Source: an uncultured Nitrososphaerales archaeon (lineage in GTDB: Archaea; Thermoproteota; Nitrososphaeria; Nitrososphaerales; Nitrososphaeraceae). From it: a DNA stretch of 64,000 nt. Under the pieces are notes generated by a model that worked only from the letters and a program-made list of their open reading frames with translations, had not been told where the DNA came from and searched no databases. The position numbers and the translations under genes were made by a program. The stretch lies in NCBI GenBank assembly GCA_963709405.1, contig CAVPXM010000055.1:160001-224000 (forward strand). Direction: 5' to 3'. This document shows, one piece after another, positions 32,760 through 44,442 of this stretch. Every line of letters starts with the position of its first letter. The stretch's first letter is position 1.

Positions 32760-33275
32760 ATGGTTCAATTACAAAGCTCAATCTTGAAACGAAAGCATTT
32801 ATGTCAGTATCTTAGAATCACATTATTGTTTAAGGAGAAGAAGCCGACCAAGAAAAGGGAACGTGTTTCGAGTTTAGATGACACATTCAGGATTGCTTCG
32901 ATTCTTCAGAAAAGTGTCAGTACTGGCCGTTCAAGCTATGTAGAAATGTCGAAGGTGAATCAAATAATTTCATTTAATATGAAGTCACACATAGATTCTA
33001 TCAAAAGAGAAATTATGCCTGATGCTTACAAAGAAGCGATCGACCTATTTAGCCAACTATCTTATTATTATGAGAGGACCATTACCCCAAACGGCTCAAT
33101 TAGAATAAAAGAATTAAACAAACTCCTGGCTTTTGATTCAGAAATTGCCCTTCAACTGCATAATCTCAAAAGTTCAAAACGTAGCTCAACTAACATTGAT
33201 GATTACGAATATATCGAAAATCTTAAAGGTTTGATCAAGGAAAGAAAAGATTTCATAGATTCTATTAAAGCTTAA
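32760..33275 (+). CDS. Hypothetical protein (helical; true start probably downstream)
   Basis: 171-aa ORF convergent with tfb; no recognisable motif. Confidence 0.6.
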   Translation: MVQLQSSILKRKHLCQYLRITLLFKEKKPTKKRERVSSLDDTFRIASILQKSVSTGRSSYVEMSKVNQIISFNMKSHIDSIKREIMPDAYKEAIDLFSQLSYYYERTITPNGSIRIKELNKLLAFDSEIALQLHNLKSSKRSSTNIDDYEYIENLKGLIKERKDFIDSIKA

Positions 33276-34180
33276 GATGCAGCTTTAGGCCCTTGTACCT
33301 ATTCCTAATGGTTACTTCCGTAACACCTGCTGCCTTCTGCAACATCCTTCTGCGTCTTGTTTTCACCGTTCATTACACAAGCCACATATAACGCAGCCGC
33401 AGCGAGTCCCATAGGATCCTTTCCGGCAGAGATCTTTCCTTCTTCCGCCTTTTTTAGAATTTCCAGAGCCTTTCTCTTGGTCTTTTCAGACAAACCAGCC
33501 TTGCTTGCGATTCTTGCTACACACTTTACGGGATCCACAACAGGCATCTTAAGATCTAGTTCTCGTATAAGTAGTCTATAGCACCTTGCGACATCCTTCT
33601 TTTTAATGTTGCTTGCGTTAGCGATATCTTTTAGGGTTCTTGGAGTCTCAGTGTCTCTACACGCTCCATATAGCGCAACCGCCACCAGTGCAGAAATTGA
33701 TCTCCCTCTCACAAGCCCTCTCTCCAGTGCTTTTCTATAGACATATGCTGCCTTCTCGATTACTGCATCTCCCACAGCTAATTTGTCCTTCAATCTATCC
33801 AATTCACTAAAAGCTTGTCTAAAATTCCTGTCAACAGGCTCATGAACCTGACTCCGGCTATCCCATGTTCTCAGTCTTTCAATGGTACTTTTCATTGATG
33901 CCGACAAAGGTTTTCCTGAGGCATCTTTATCTATAGGACCAATTATAGTAGCCAGGCCCATGTCATGCATAGCCAACGAGGTCGGTATTCCTGCTCTGCT
34001 CCTGTCTTCATGCTCTTCCTTGGAAAATGCCCTCCACTCAGGCCCTGTTTCCTCAATTCTTTCAGTAACCACGAAGCCACAGTTGCCACAAAACATTTCC
34101 CCACTTGAATTATCGGTGACCATGGGACCTTTTCCACAACGTGGACATCTATCACTAAATAACGAAATATCCTTTACCAG
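33265..34180 (-). CDS. tfb: Transcription initiation factor IIB (probable CTG start; one extra base near 33333)
   Basis: Zn ribbon CPRCG...CGNCG (first CxxC lies upstream of the ORF-track ATG), GPEWRAF, two cyclin folds; repair gives VAEAAGVTEVTIRNRYK. Confidence 0.95.
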
Positions 34181-34216
34181 GTCTTTTCACCATAAAAATG
34201 CCAAAATTTGCCATCT

Positions 34217-34236
34217 TATATAAATGTTTTATTCTT
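34217..34236 (-). promoter_or_regulatory. Putative BRE/TATA promoter of tfb
   Basis: Minus strand A-rich tract followed by TTTATATA (34224-34217), 37-44 nt upstream of the CTG. Confidence 0.6.
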
Positions 34237-34561
34237 TTATTTAAACTTTGTCCTTAGTCACCGATCACATGTCTAATATTTGTAGGTTTTTTCCATTGCC
34301 TTACATATTTACACGAAACAGCCGTACTTATTTGAATATATTTTAATTCGCTTGAATCTTCAGAATGCTAAACGTGTGCTATTTGATTAACCAAGATCCG
34401 CATAGATATGGCGTTAATTCACTTGGAACACAAATTGCAGTAGAATTAAAGGTAAGGAAAATGAATTAACGATTACTGCAAGGTATAAGCCTATTCAGTA
34501 AGTCACGTACCTAAAATATGCGTCCATAATCTTAATTAAAGGATAGACCATCCACTCATCT

Positions 34562-34924
34562 ATGAAAGAGATAAGGCAGATACCACGATGGGCTGTTGAG
34601 AATGACCCTTCATGGGAACAGCAATTTGATACAGTACAAAATCTGTTGAAATGGAGAAAGAGGGGAAGTAATATCTTTGCTATCGGTACTCCATCGAGTA
34701 TGACCTGCGATTTATTCGACAATCCTCCTGAAGGCTCTTTTTCGGATCTTCCCTACATTGGAACTCATTACGTTCTAAATGCTAAGGCCTGCCCAGACGA
34801 TCCGGCTAATATCACGAGATACCTTTCGAGTCGATACCTAAACCCAACCTACGACTCACACAATTTCCGAGGTAGGAAACTACGTATGCTTGGGCTTGAA
34901 ACCCCCGACCTAGATGTGCCGTAG
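34562..34924 (+). CDS. Hypothetical protein
   Basis: 120-aa ATG-started ORF with TTAATTAAA about 25-30 nt upstream; no family recognised. Confidence 0.6.
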   Translation: MKEIRQIPRWAVENDPSWEQQFDTVQNLLKWRKRGSNIFAIGTPSSMTCDLFDNPPEGSFSDLPYIGTHYVLNAKACPDDPANITRYLSSRYLNPTYDSHNFRGRKLRMLGLETPDLDVP

Positions 34925-34981
34925 AATCTCCAGAATTTAATGACTAAAAAGAAAAACAACACACATGAATAAACTTTACCA

Positions 34982-37438
34982 ATGCTTATTAAATTTCTGA
35001 GATCGGGATTACTAGTCTGCATAGTCCTAGTTTTTTCTTTAATTCTCAGTCATAGCTCAACGGGTTTATTCGTGGCATATGGCGTCGCATCTACTAAGAA
35101 AGGCGCCTTTATAGATAGTGCAAGGTTTATTCAATATCTTGATGAAAATACTGCACTGCAAGAAATGAAAAGTGGAAGACTAGATACTTACTACTTTCGA
35201 GTACCTCTTGAGGTTGTGTCTGACCTGAAGCGAGATCCGGCACTGATGGAGTACCGACAGAATGGCTGGATCGTTCGGACTTTTGTTAAATCCTGCTCCA
35301 CCAAAAAATAATGATACGTTAAATCCCTTCTATTTTAGACCGGTAAGATATGCAGTAAATTATCTTATTGATCGAGAATTTGTGGTCGATGAAATTCTAA
35401 AGGGCTACGGAACGCCCATGGTTGATCCCTTTGGAATTTATTCTCCGGAATATACGAATATAATCAGTACTGTAGAATCGCTAGGTCTCAAATATAATCC
35501 AGTGTTGGCTGATAAGATTATTACAAGTACACTTTCCTCTGCAGGAGCCTTCAAGCAGGCCGGAAAATGGATATACAAAGGTAATCCGATAGTCATAAAA
35601 GTCCTCATTAGAGGTGATGACGCTGAAAGAAGGTCGATGGGTGAACTCATCTCCTCTGAATTTCAAAAGATAGGGTTTACAGTTCTGAAGGATTACGGTG
35701 ACTTGAACAAGGCCAATAGCCTTGTCTATGGATCAGATCCCCAAGAATTTCAGTGGAATCTCTACACAGAGGCTTACGCCGGCACATCAGCCTTTGTTAA
35801 ATACAATCCGACCGTAACGTCTCAAATGTACGCATCTTACGCGGGGAACATGCCAGGTGGTCAGAATCCGACTTTTTGGCATTATCAAAATTCAACCATT
35901 GACAAGCTGGCTCAACATATCGCCTTCTTTAATTTTACGTCAGCCAACGAAAGGAACAACTTGGTCCGAAATGCAACGCTAGAAGGTATGAAAGAATCTG
36001 TTCGGATATTTGTTGCACAGCTAATCGAACCTTATGTTGCCAGGTCATCACTTTTAGGCCTAATAAATGATTTTGGTGCTGGAATAACTAGCAAGTATTC
36101 CTTAGTAAACGTTAGAACTCCAAAGGATACGAATTCACTTGATATTGGTGTTAAGCAAATTTACCAGGGAGCATGGAATAATATTGGAGGGTGCAAAGAT
36201 GCTTATTGCTCTGAAATTTTTACGCAACTTACAGATAGTGCGACCTTCAGAAACCCCTACACTGGTGACGTGATTCCAATGAGAGAGGTTTGGACAAACG
36301 TAACAACATTGGGACCCCACAATAGATTACATGTCCCAGCTGATGTTCGCATATGGAATCCGATCGCGCAAAAATGGACTGGCTTAGGTAAGAATGACTC
36401 GGCAATGAGCAAAGTCACATTTAGGATGTTACTCTCCAAATGGCACAATGGAATCATGATGGACAAAGCTGATATCTTGTACCCTCTCTACTTTACCTTC
36501 GAATGGGGAACCAATACTGGAAATGGTGACAGGACTTATGACCCTGAATACAGTACTGCTGCCCAGGTTGCAATTCCTCTTATAAAGGGCATAAAGTTTG
36601 ACAATAATAACACGTTCGAATCTTATATGGACCAGTGGCACTACGATAAAAAAGAGATAGCAGATTCAGGCAGCAATCTGGCCTTCTGAGCCATGGGAAA
36701 TCACTGCTGCTACGGAACGACTTGTCACGGCTGGAAAATTCGCATTTTCTAAAGGAGAATCGGCAGCTGAAGAACATTGATTGGCTGTCATTGATCATAT
36801 CTTCCCACGCAAATGCAATCAAGTCTGAGTTACAGAAGATGAAAACAGAGATGTACGTTCCAAGCCCTTTAAGGGGCATCGTAACTGTGGCTGAGGCTCA
36901 AAGAAGGTATGATGCGAGCATAAAATGGATTGAAACACATCGAAATGCCGTGATTGGCAATGGACCATTTTATCTTGACTCTTATAATCCCGAGGGTGGC
37001 ATTATAACGATTAAAGCTTTTAGAGATTCCTCCTACCCTTTTGAAGTAGGCCATTGGTCGATCTATGAACATCCAAAACTTGCTACTTTAGGAAAGATAT
37101 ATGTTCCCCAGTTCGCAGTGATAGGAAAGCCGTTGAAACTTTTATTTAATGTCTCTGAAGGAGGAAAGCCTACCAACGATGCGATAGTAAATTATTTCAT
37201 TTCAAATTGGGAGGGCAAAGTGATCCTAAGCGGAATAGCAGATGCGCAGTCATCAATTGGATCTCAAGATAAGAATATGAGTCATCTAGCAGGGTCTTAT
37301 GAGATAAATCTAGACAGAAATGCAACGGCTAAATTTCAATTTGGACCGAATATACTCAAAATATTCGCAACCGAAAAAGATGCGTTTAGGCCTGACATAT
37401 ACACTAAAACCATATTGGCAGTAAAAGATACAGCTTGA
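34982..37438 (+). CDS. Peptide/nickel ABC transporter substrate-binding protein, family 5 (extra bases near 35255 and 36670)
   Basis: Signal peptide, LLLNP...NPF..RPVRYAVNYLIDRE, KWHNG, IGNGPFYLDSY; three ORFs join after two one-base deletions. Confidence 0.88.
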
Positions 37439-37546
37439 TTAACCGTATTGCATTTAGCTTGGGATTCTTGATAGGTCAACCTTAATAGATAAGCAATATT
37501 AGAGTTATCTAGCAAATCTAAGGGGTACAGAGGGGGAAGTTGAATT

Positions 37547-38590
37547 ATGGGATTTCGACATTTTCTGATTAAAAGATCGATAAACATGATTCTTGTTGTA
37601 TTTTTTACACTCGTTATCACGATCGCAATCCTTGGCTCAACTATTGACAAGATTCTAATTGACTCTGTCAGATACGACGCAGTTAATGCAATAAGCCAAT
37701 CCAAATTTCATTTTCAATCTCTCAAAGAAAGACAATCGTATGTCACCACACAAATTGCATTAAATATAAAGTCTCTTGGGCTGGATGAACCCTGGTACTC
37801 ACCGAAGCGATTTTTTAACACATTATTAAGGATTGTCACCCTTGATTTGGGCAGATCCAATTTTTTTACTACTGACTCGGGTTCTTCTAGCGTGAGGGAC
37901 ATTATATTGGAAAGATTACCAAAAACAATTCTACTCTTTAGTACTTCAACCTTAATTGTTAGCGTTTTAGGAATTTATCTCGGTGCATTCATAGCAGATA
38001 GATCAGGATCGCTTATTGACAAGAGTAACTCATTATTGGCGATTCTTAGCAATAGCTTCCCTTCTTGGTGGATAGGAATGCTCATGATATTTATGTTCGC
38101 TTTTGTCTATCAAATATTTCCTGCTCGTTCTACTCCTATGAGTTCGCCATCTGATCCGTTTTACATCTTCGATCTGTTATATCACATGCTGCTGCCGCTG
38201 ATCACATTGGTGTTGGTGAGTTTTACTGCCTGGGCATATATTGTGCGCTACTACTTAATCAGAATTAGACATGAGGATTTCATCTTCTCCAAAAAAGCAA
38301 TAGGGATATCTAAAAGGCGGATTCTGTACTCTCATATGCTAAAAAATGCTGCGCCCCCCATAATAACGTCTGTGGCGCTAAGCTTGGCGGCTTCGTTTGG
38401 TGGAGCAATCATAATCGAGTCGGTCTTTGACTGGCCTGGTATGGGCAAGTTATACTATGATGCTATTGCCGTAAACGATGTGCCGATCATACTTGGTAAC
38501 ACATACATTTTTTCAATAATCTTTGTTGTAACAATTTTTATTACGGATATCGCATACGGATTCTTTGATCCAAGGGTGAAAGTCGGATAG
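37547..38590 (+). CDS. Peptide ABC transporter permease (OppB/DppB-like)
   Basis: LDLGRS, ERLPKT, PSWWIG, IESVFDWPGMG, DPRV. Confidence 0.93.
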   Translation: MGFRHFLIKRSINMILVVFFTLVITIAILGSTIDKILIDSVRYDAVNAISQSKFHFQSLKERQSYVTTQIALNIKSLGLDEPWYSPKRFFNTLLRIVTLDLGRSNFFTTDSGSSSVRDIILERLPKTILLFSTSTLIVSVLGIYLGAFIADRSGSLIDKSNSLLAILSNSFPSWWIGMLMIFMFAFVYQIFPARSTPMSSPSDPFYIFDLLYHMLLPLITLVLVSFTAWAYIVRYYLIRIRHEDFIFSKKAIGISKRRILYSHMLKNAAPPIITSVALSLAASFGGAIIIESVFDWPGMGKLYYDAIAVNDVPIILGNTYIFSIIFVVTIFITDIAYGFFDPRVKVG

Positions 38591-38639
38591 CATATCTCCC
38601 GGATGGACTTGCAGCATATTGACCATTCGATCAGACAGT

Positions 38640-40087
38640 ATGTCTTACCTTAAATCAAAACTAGCCAAAGCTTTGTTTTCCTCAAGACTTCACTTTCTAC
38701 GCGAAATGTTAAGTTCCAAGGCGAGCCATCCTAGGGATCTCTATATTATTGGTACTCCTCAGCTATGACCCTATATGCAGTTATCGCGATCCCACTAGAA
38801 TCATTTAGGCAATGGAATAACCCAAATTATTGGATCAACTATCCAAAGTCAGCTGCTCCAGCCTGGACTAACCTAGGACTCTTTGGTCCTAAAGAATCAG
38901 AGCAGATAATTCTAGGTACTGATGCAGCGGAAGTTACCTCTAGGTTTGAACACGGAATCCATATCGTTACACATTCTTTTGCGGTGAATTTCAAGTACGA
39001 TTCTTTTCCTACTGACTTCATGATACCTTACTCAGTCAAATACGGGTTAGTACCGCCAGCTATCGCGGTAAATGTGTTGCGCCCCGATGGCCAAACTTTT
39101 AGGATCTACGACACAGCGTTACCCCCAGGAGTAACGCAGGAATCTCCTGATACTAAATACCATACTGGTATGCAGACTGAATATTCTAACCGAATTTTTT
39201 CAACCGATCAGTCCATAAGTAAAAATATGCACAACTACCTTGATCTATTTAAATATCCGCAAGATGAATCGAATCCCCAAGTAATGATCTTTTCTGATCT
39301 CAACTCGAAACAAGTGCTTAAAGGTGTCTATAAATTTGAAGAGATTTTTTATTTTTTTAATAGTGCAGACAATGTAGCGGAATCCGGATTGGTTCTTGGA
39401 GGGAATGTTTACGGATTAATGGGTACAGATGAATTGAGAAGGGATCTCAGTATTGGAATATTTTGGGGGACACCTGTTGCGCTGTTTATTGGCCTTACTG
39501 TTTCCTTGTCATCGGTATTTATCGGACTTATATATGGAGTTATTGCTGGCTATAAAGGTAGGAGAACTGACGAAGCTCTTATGCGTGTTAATGATTTAAT
39601 TGTGTTTTTACCCGCCCTTCCGATTCTTATCCTTCTGACAGCGACGTTAGGGAGAAGCATATTCATAATTACTGTATTGTTAGTAATATTTGGTTGGGCT
39701 GGAGCCACCAGAGTTTCAAGAAGTTTGGCGCTTCAGATAAAAAATCTTCAATACGTAGAAGCAGCTAAATTAATGGGTGCATCTGATATGCGGATCATAT
39801 TCAAACACATCATACCTCAATTGCTGCCATTAACGTTTGCCAGCATTGCAATTGCTGTACCGGGTGCTATATTAGCCGAGGCTGCACTGAGCTTCTTGGG
39901 CTTGGGAGATCCAACCATTCCGACATGGGGTCAAATCTTGCACGAAGCCAACTCAGCTGATGCTGCGGCAAGAGGCCTTTGGTGGTGGATAATTCCACCT
40001 GGTTTAATGATTGCTTTAACGGGATTATCTTTTGCCCTGATTGGCAAAGCAATTGAGACTCTGACAGATCCTCTTCGCAAAGCATAG
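38640..40087 (+). CDS. Peptide ABC transporter permease (OppC/DppC-like; extra bases near 38723 and 38760)
   Basis: GTDELRRD, YVEAAKLMGA (EAA loop), EAALSFLGLG, TWGQIL; the repaired N-terminus SSKAAILGISILLVLLAMTLYAV supplies the first TM helix. Confidence 0.9.
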
Positions 40088-40575
40088 GATCTTTGATCTA
40101 GGATCTACTCAAAATCGAATTCACAAAACCTCTCTTTCCTCTCAACCAGGCTATTCTGATATCTTCTTGATGAAATTGATACCAAGATGAAGATTATTCT
40201 CATTATATCCATTTTTGTCGCCTCATTATCATACCTCTTTGGACTCAACTTTGAGAAATTATTATCTTTAGAAAGCAAGTATTTAGAATTTTTTATCAAT
40301 CAAGTTAATCAACCGGATCATCCGTCATGAACAAATACTGTGGCTGAGCATTATCTAGATTGCATATAGCAACATTAGAATTATTTGGTTCTAAATTGGA
40401 TGGGTTACTTAATTATCACACTAGCCTAGCCTTACACTTTCACTTATGGTTTCCAGGTCATCTGGAGACCAACAAAAGCAAACGTCGAGACGAGCAAGAA
40501 CACGCTACAGCTATGCCGATATCTGGAGGCTAGAGGTATTTCCTAGACATTATTTCTAATATTCATTAATAATCT

Positions 40576-41073
40576 TTATCGGTAGAATATTCTTAAGATG
40601 AAGCGTTCGCCGTTCCTATCAAAAGCAGCGATAGTACTATCATCATATGGATAGTTTATAATAATAGAAACGAGGCCGAAGTAATTATTAAGATCTTCGA
40701 GTGAAGGATGGTTCGAATTTCCAGGATGCGAGTGTGCAGTACCAATGTATGACAAATCAAAAGGAAGATCATATACTGGAAAACCGGAATAATATGGTCC
40801 ATGAGATGAAAAGGGCGGGACGACAAGCCCATCTATTATTATTTCTCTTTTCTTACTTTTACCTCTTAGAATCAGTATACCTTCGTAGGGATGCCATGTT
40901 TTTGCATAGGTTATAATTCCATCTGCGCTCTTCCTCATCAAAACTACTTCCTTTCGTGGCCTTTCACTGTTGACATCCCTCTTACGAAAAAAGACCAAAG
41001 TAAGTGATAAGATGCATCTTTCAATTATTTTAGTATTGCTGATATCGAAGTGTATTTTGATGGATTTCGACAT
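40576..41073 (-). CDS. JAMM/MPN+ (Mov34) metalloprotease
   Basis: YEGILILRG...GTAHSHP...PSLEDL (E, HxH, D motif); start uncertain. Confidence 0.88.
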   Translation of the reverse strand: MSKSIKIHFDISNTKIIERCILSLTLVFFRKRDVNSERPRKEVVLMRKSADGIITYAKTWHPYEGILILRGKSKKREIIIDGLVVPPFSSHGPYYSGFPVYDLPFDLSYIGTAHSHPGNSNHPSLEDLNNYFGLVSIIINYPYDDSTIAAFDRNGERFILRIFYR

Positions 41074-41152
41074 TTTTGTGATATTTCGACTGCACTTTAA
41101 TTAATCATAATGAATAATAACTAGTGGATATACGTATGTGTATAATAATTGA

Positions 41153-41467
41153 ATGTTAAATAAAAATAAGCTGCATTCGAGAGACGAGATACTTGTACGT
41201 CGGGGAATAGTATCAAATGATCTGGACGGTACTCCGTTGTTCATTAATGACAAGTGCGAGGGTTATAGAGTCAATGATACTGCAGTTTCATTGTGGAATA
41301 TGTGTAACGGCATAACCTTTGAAGAATTGAAAGAAGAGGTTCTTCGTATCTCGAATGACAATGAGGAGAATATCATATCGGCGCTAGGTGAGATGATCGA
41401 ACAGATGAGAAGTGTGTCAGTATTGGACACCAAAAGGGTCAAACGCGATCCCTTTATTATTCGTTAA
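41153..41467 (+). CDS. PqqD-family / RiPP recognition element-like protein
   Basis: Three short strands, then YRVNDTAVSLWNMCNG-ITFEEL and two helices, matching the PqqD LNxxAxxIWxxxDG pattern. Confidence 0.72.
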   Translation: MLNKNKLHSRDEILVRRGIVSNDLDGTPLFINDKCEGYRVNDTAVSLWNMCNGITFEELKEEVLRISNDNEENIISALGEMIEQMRSVSVLDTKRVKRDPFIIR

Positions 41468-41550
41468 TTAGATTAATAATGATCTGCTATCTGCTTTTGA
41501 AGTCCGTAACGGCTACCTTTTTTAGTATCTGCATAGCTGAAGTAGATTGA

Positions 41551-42849
41551 ATGGCAATCATTGGTTCTGCTTACTTACTCTTATCTGAACTGGGCCTTGC
41601 TGCATTTGGCGAAAATGAAGAGCCTATTTCATCTCTAAAGTTTAATGATCCCGTTAAATCTTACCAATTAATTAGAAGCCTCAAGCCGCCTGAAGAACTC
41701 TTAGAATTTATTAAAAGATTAGATGGATATCGTAATCTTCTAGTAAACGACTCGGCCATACAGTCAATTCTCGAGAGACTAGGGTTGCACAGCGACATGA
41801 TGACAAGCGATCAGATATTTAGATTTCAAGCCAACAGACCAGATCTGCTCGTAAAGGCTAAGTTAGCAACCAGTCAACATGATGCTCTCACAAAACTGAG
41901 GGAATTTGCTATCTTGCTCTCTTCAATAAGAGTCAAAGAGACGTCCCAACGCCTAGACCTACATGTAATTCAATCTATTAATGCACTCGACGAATTTGAC
42001 AAACTCATTAATGTAGTCGGATCAAGACTCCGCGAGTGGTACGGATTGCATTTTCCTGAATTGGACAACCTGGTCCAAAGTTTAGGCGCATACGCTCAAA
42101 TAGTACGTCTAGCCGGTCAGCGGGCAAATATATCTCGACAAATTTTGGAGGATGCTGGAATGCAAGAGAAGAAGATCGATATTATTCTAGATGCAAAGAA
42201 CCGGAGTAAAGGAGGGGATCTGGCTGAAAATAATCTTGATATCATAACGAGACTCGCCGATGAGGTGATCACTGAATCTAATTTGCGTAAGATGCTGGCT
42301 GATCATGTTGAAAGCGTGATGACAGATTTAGCTCCAAATACAAAGGAACTATTGACTGCGACAGTTGGCGCAAGAATGATAGCGAAAGCCGGAAGTTTCA
42401 CTAAGTTTGCACAATTTCCTTCAAGCACCATTCAGATCCTCGGAGCAGAGAAGGCATTGTTCAGATCTTTAAAAACCGGTGCTAGACCCCCTAAACACGG
42501 CCTTTTATTCCAACACCCATTAATTCATTCCGCGCCTCGATGGCAACGCGGAAAAATTGCCAGGACCATAGCCTCAAAGGCAGCTATACTAGCAAGAATA
42601 GACCTTTATCGTCCCGGTGAAAGAGACTATAAGATTCTTGAAAAAATGAATTTGAGGATAGCCGCGATTCAAGAAAAATATAAGAACCCTCCGTCAAATG
42701 AGAATGATTTTGAAAAGTATACCGAACGGGGAAAAAGGTGGTTTCGAGATCGCCGGCCAGGTATTCCTGTTGGCAGGATGAAAAGAAAGGATAACAAATC
42801 AAAAAGGAAAGACAGCCGACCGCATGGTAGAAAGAAGAAAAGGTTTTAG
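41551..42849 (+). CDS. nop5: Box C/D sRNP protein Nop5 (Nop56/58)
   Basis: REWYGLHFPEL, PSSTIQILGAEKALF, PPKHGLLFQHP, basic C-terminal tail. Confidence 0.96.
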   Translation: MAIIGSAYLLLSELGLAAFGENEEPISSLKFNDPVKSYQLIRSLKPPEELLEFIKRLDGYRNLLVNDSAIQSILERLGLHSDMMTSDQIFRFQANRPDLLVKAKLATSQHDALTKLREFAILLSSIRVKETSQRLDLHVIQSINALDEFDKLINVVGSRLREWYGLHFPELDNLVQSLGAYAQIVRLAGQRANISRQILEDAGMQEKKIDIILDAKNRSKGGDLAENNLDIITRLADEVITESNLRKMLADHVESVMTDLAPNTKELLTATVGARMIAKAGSFTKFAQFPSSTIQILGAEKALFRSLKTGARPPKHGLLFQHPLIHSAPRWQRGKIARTIASKAAILARIDLYRPGERDYKILEKMNLRIAAIQEKYKNPPSNENDFEKYTERGKRWFRDRRPGIPVGRMKRKDNKSKRKDSRPHGRKKKRF

Positions 42850-42932
42850 GAATGACACATCAATTTGCATAAAGTTATCAGCTACTCAGCTTTGACTATG
42901 AGCAAAACTCTTGATAACCTGGAGTTCCGGTA

Positions 42933-43595
42933 ATGAGTATTTGGATTAGAGTTGAAGGCAAGAAGCAACTTGCAACACCTAACCTCGTTGCAGGCGTCAG
43001 CACGTATGGTGAGAAAATAATAAAATACAACGGCGAAGAATATCGAGTGTGGGATCCATTTAGGAGTAAATTGGCAGCGGCTCTAAAGAATGGCTTGAAC
43101 GGAGATGCAATTTGTGCAGGAACTCGGATTCTCTATCTAGGAGCATCTACGGGAACAACTGTTAGTCATGTTTCTGATATTGTCGGATCGCAAGGTTTAG
43201 TTTTCGCAGTTGAATCAGCAAGCAGAGTGTGCAGAGAACTAATCGAAAATGTCGCAAAAAAAAGAACCAACGTAGTTCCGATTTTGGAAGATGCAAGGAG
43301 GCCACAATCATACTTCTCAATCTTTGGGAAAGTCGAAGTTCTGTACTGCGACATAGCCCAGCAGGATCAGACAGAGATAGCAATTCAAAACAGTCGCATT
43401 TTCCTTAAACCAGGAGGTTCTATATTCTTAATAGTGAAGACCCGAAGTATAGACGTTGTAGCAAATCCTAAGGTTGTAATACAGGATCAGGTGGAAAAAC
43501 TACAAAGAAACGAATTTTCTGTAAAACAAGTTATTAATTTGGAACCCTTTGACAAGGATCATGCGCTTATTAGGGCCATATACAATCCTAATTAA
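42933..43595 (+). CDS. flpA: Fibrillarin-like 2'-O-methyltransferase
   Basis: YRVWDPFRSKLAA, LYLGASTGTTVSHVSD, DIAQQDQ, LEPFDKDH. Confidence 0.96.
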   Translation: MSIWIRVEGKKQLATPNLVAGVSTYGEKIIKYNGEEYRVWDPFRSKLAAALKNGLNGDAICAGTRILYLGASTGTTVSHVSDIVGSQGLVFAVESASRVCRELIENVAKKRTNVVPILEDARRPQSYFSIFGKVEVLYCDIAQQDQTEIAIQNSRIFLKPGGSIFLIVKTRSIDVVANPKVVIQDQVEKLQRNEFSVKQVINLEPFDKDHALIRAIYNPN

Positions 43596-44278
43596 AACAT
43601 GTCTGATTGGCCCTTCGACCCTCGACTCATGTTCTTGAGGATCAGCCGGACCGGTCTCCAGGATTTTCTCACGAAATTGGGGGGCTCACCAAATCTCGAA
43701 ACCCAATCTTTGATAAATTTCATTGTTAACCTATCTGACGGGTAACCACTACCAATATCTTTATATGACTTGCGTATCTCATAAATTTCAGTATCTCTTA
43801 TAACCTTCGCAACGATTGATGCGGCAGAAACGACAACATTTATGCTATCTGCATGGTGAAGGGAGTATAATCTGTACTTCCTGCTGAAAGCGATATATGT
43901 TTCCAATAGCAACTTGTATCTTAGTGGGTTCACGTCGCAGCAGTCGACATAGACGTTGTCGGGTTGAATATCATTGATAACTGCAGCCATCGCCTCGGCC
44001 TCTAATTTATTCAGTCCCCTTAGCCCCACGCTTTCGTCAATTTCGTTTGTGGTTAGTATACATACGCAGACGTAATCCGCGATACCAATGATTCGAGTAA
44101 ACAAGCTACTGCGAGATTTTCTGGATAAAGTCTTAGAATCTCTCAAACACAATTTCCGGAATACCGACAGCTTGGATTCCTTTATACCAATACCTGCAAC
44201 AACTAGGGGGCCGATAACCGAGCCGCGGCCAGCCTCGTCAACTCCAGCAATCACCTTGCTTTGTCCAGATCTATTCAT
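43592..44278 (-). CDS. rnhB: Ribonuclease HII
   Basis: GVDEAGRG, RDSK, VSAASIVAKV, GSGYPSD. Confidence 0.96.
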   Translation of the reverse strand: MNRSGQSKVIAGVDEAGRGSVIGPLVVAGIGIKESKLSVFRKLCLRDSKTLSRKSRSSLFTRIIGIADYVCVCILTTNEIDESVGLRGLNKLEAEAMAAVINDIQPDNVYVDCCDVNPLRYKLLLETYIAFSRKYRLYSLHHADSINVVVSAASIVAKVIRDTEIYEIRKSYKDIGSGYPSDRLTMKFIKDWVSRFGEPPNFVRKSWRPVRLILKNMSRGSKGQSDMF

Positions 44279-44442
44279 ATGAACGAATGATTTTATGAGC
44301 TTACGGGTGAAACTTATATCTTTATGTAATCATATCAGACGCATGTGCCCTTTGGAACTGTATATAAGACCTTATTCTTACGAACCCATCCTAGAATGTC
44401 CCCATCTTGAGCATACTGAGTCATAATAATACATGAGATTGA

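Noticed and set aside
42898-42935. A further frameshift linking ATG 42898 to fibrillarin
   Set aside because: The frame from 42933 already holds the conserved domain and no unambiguous repair is evident, so it was left out of the indel tally.
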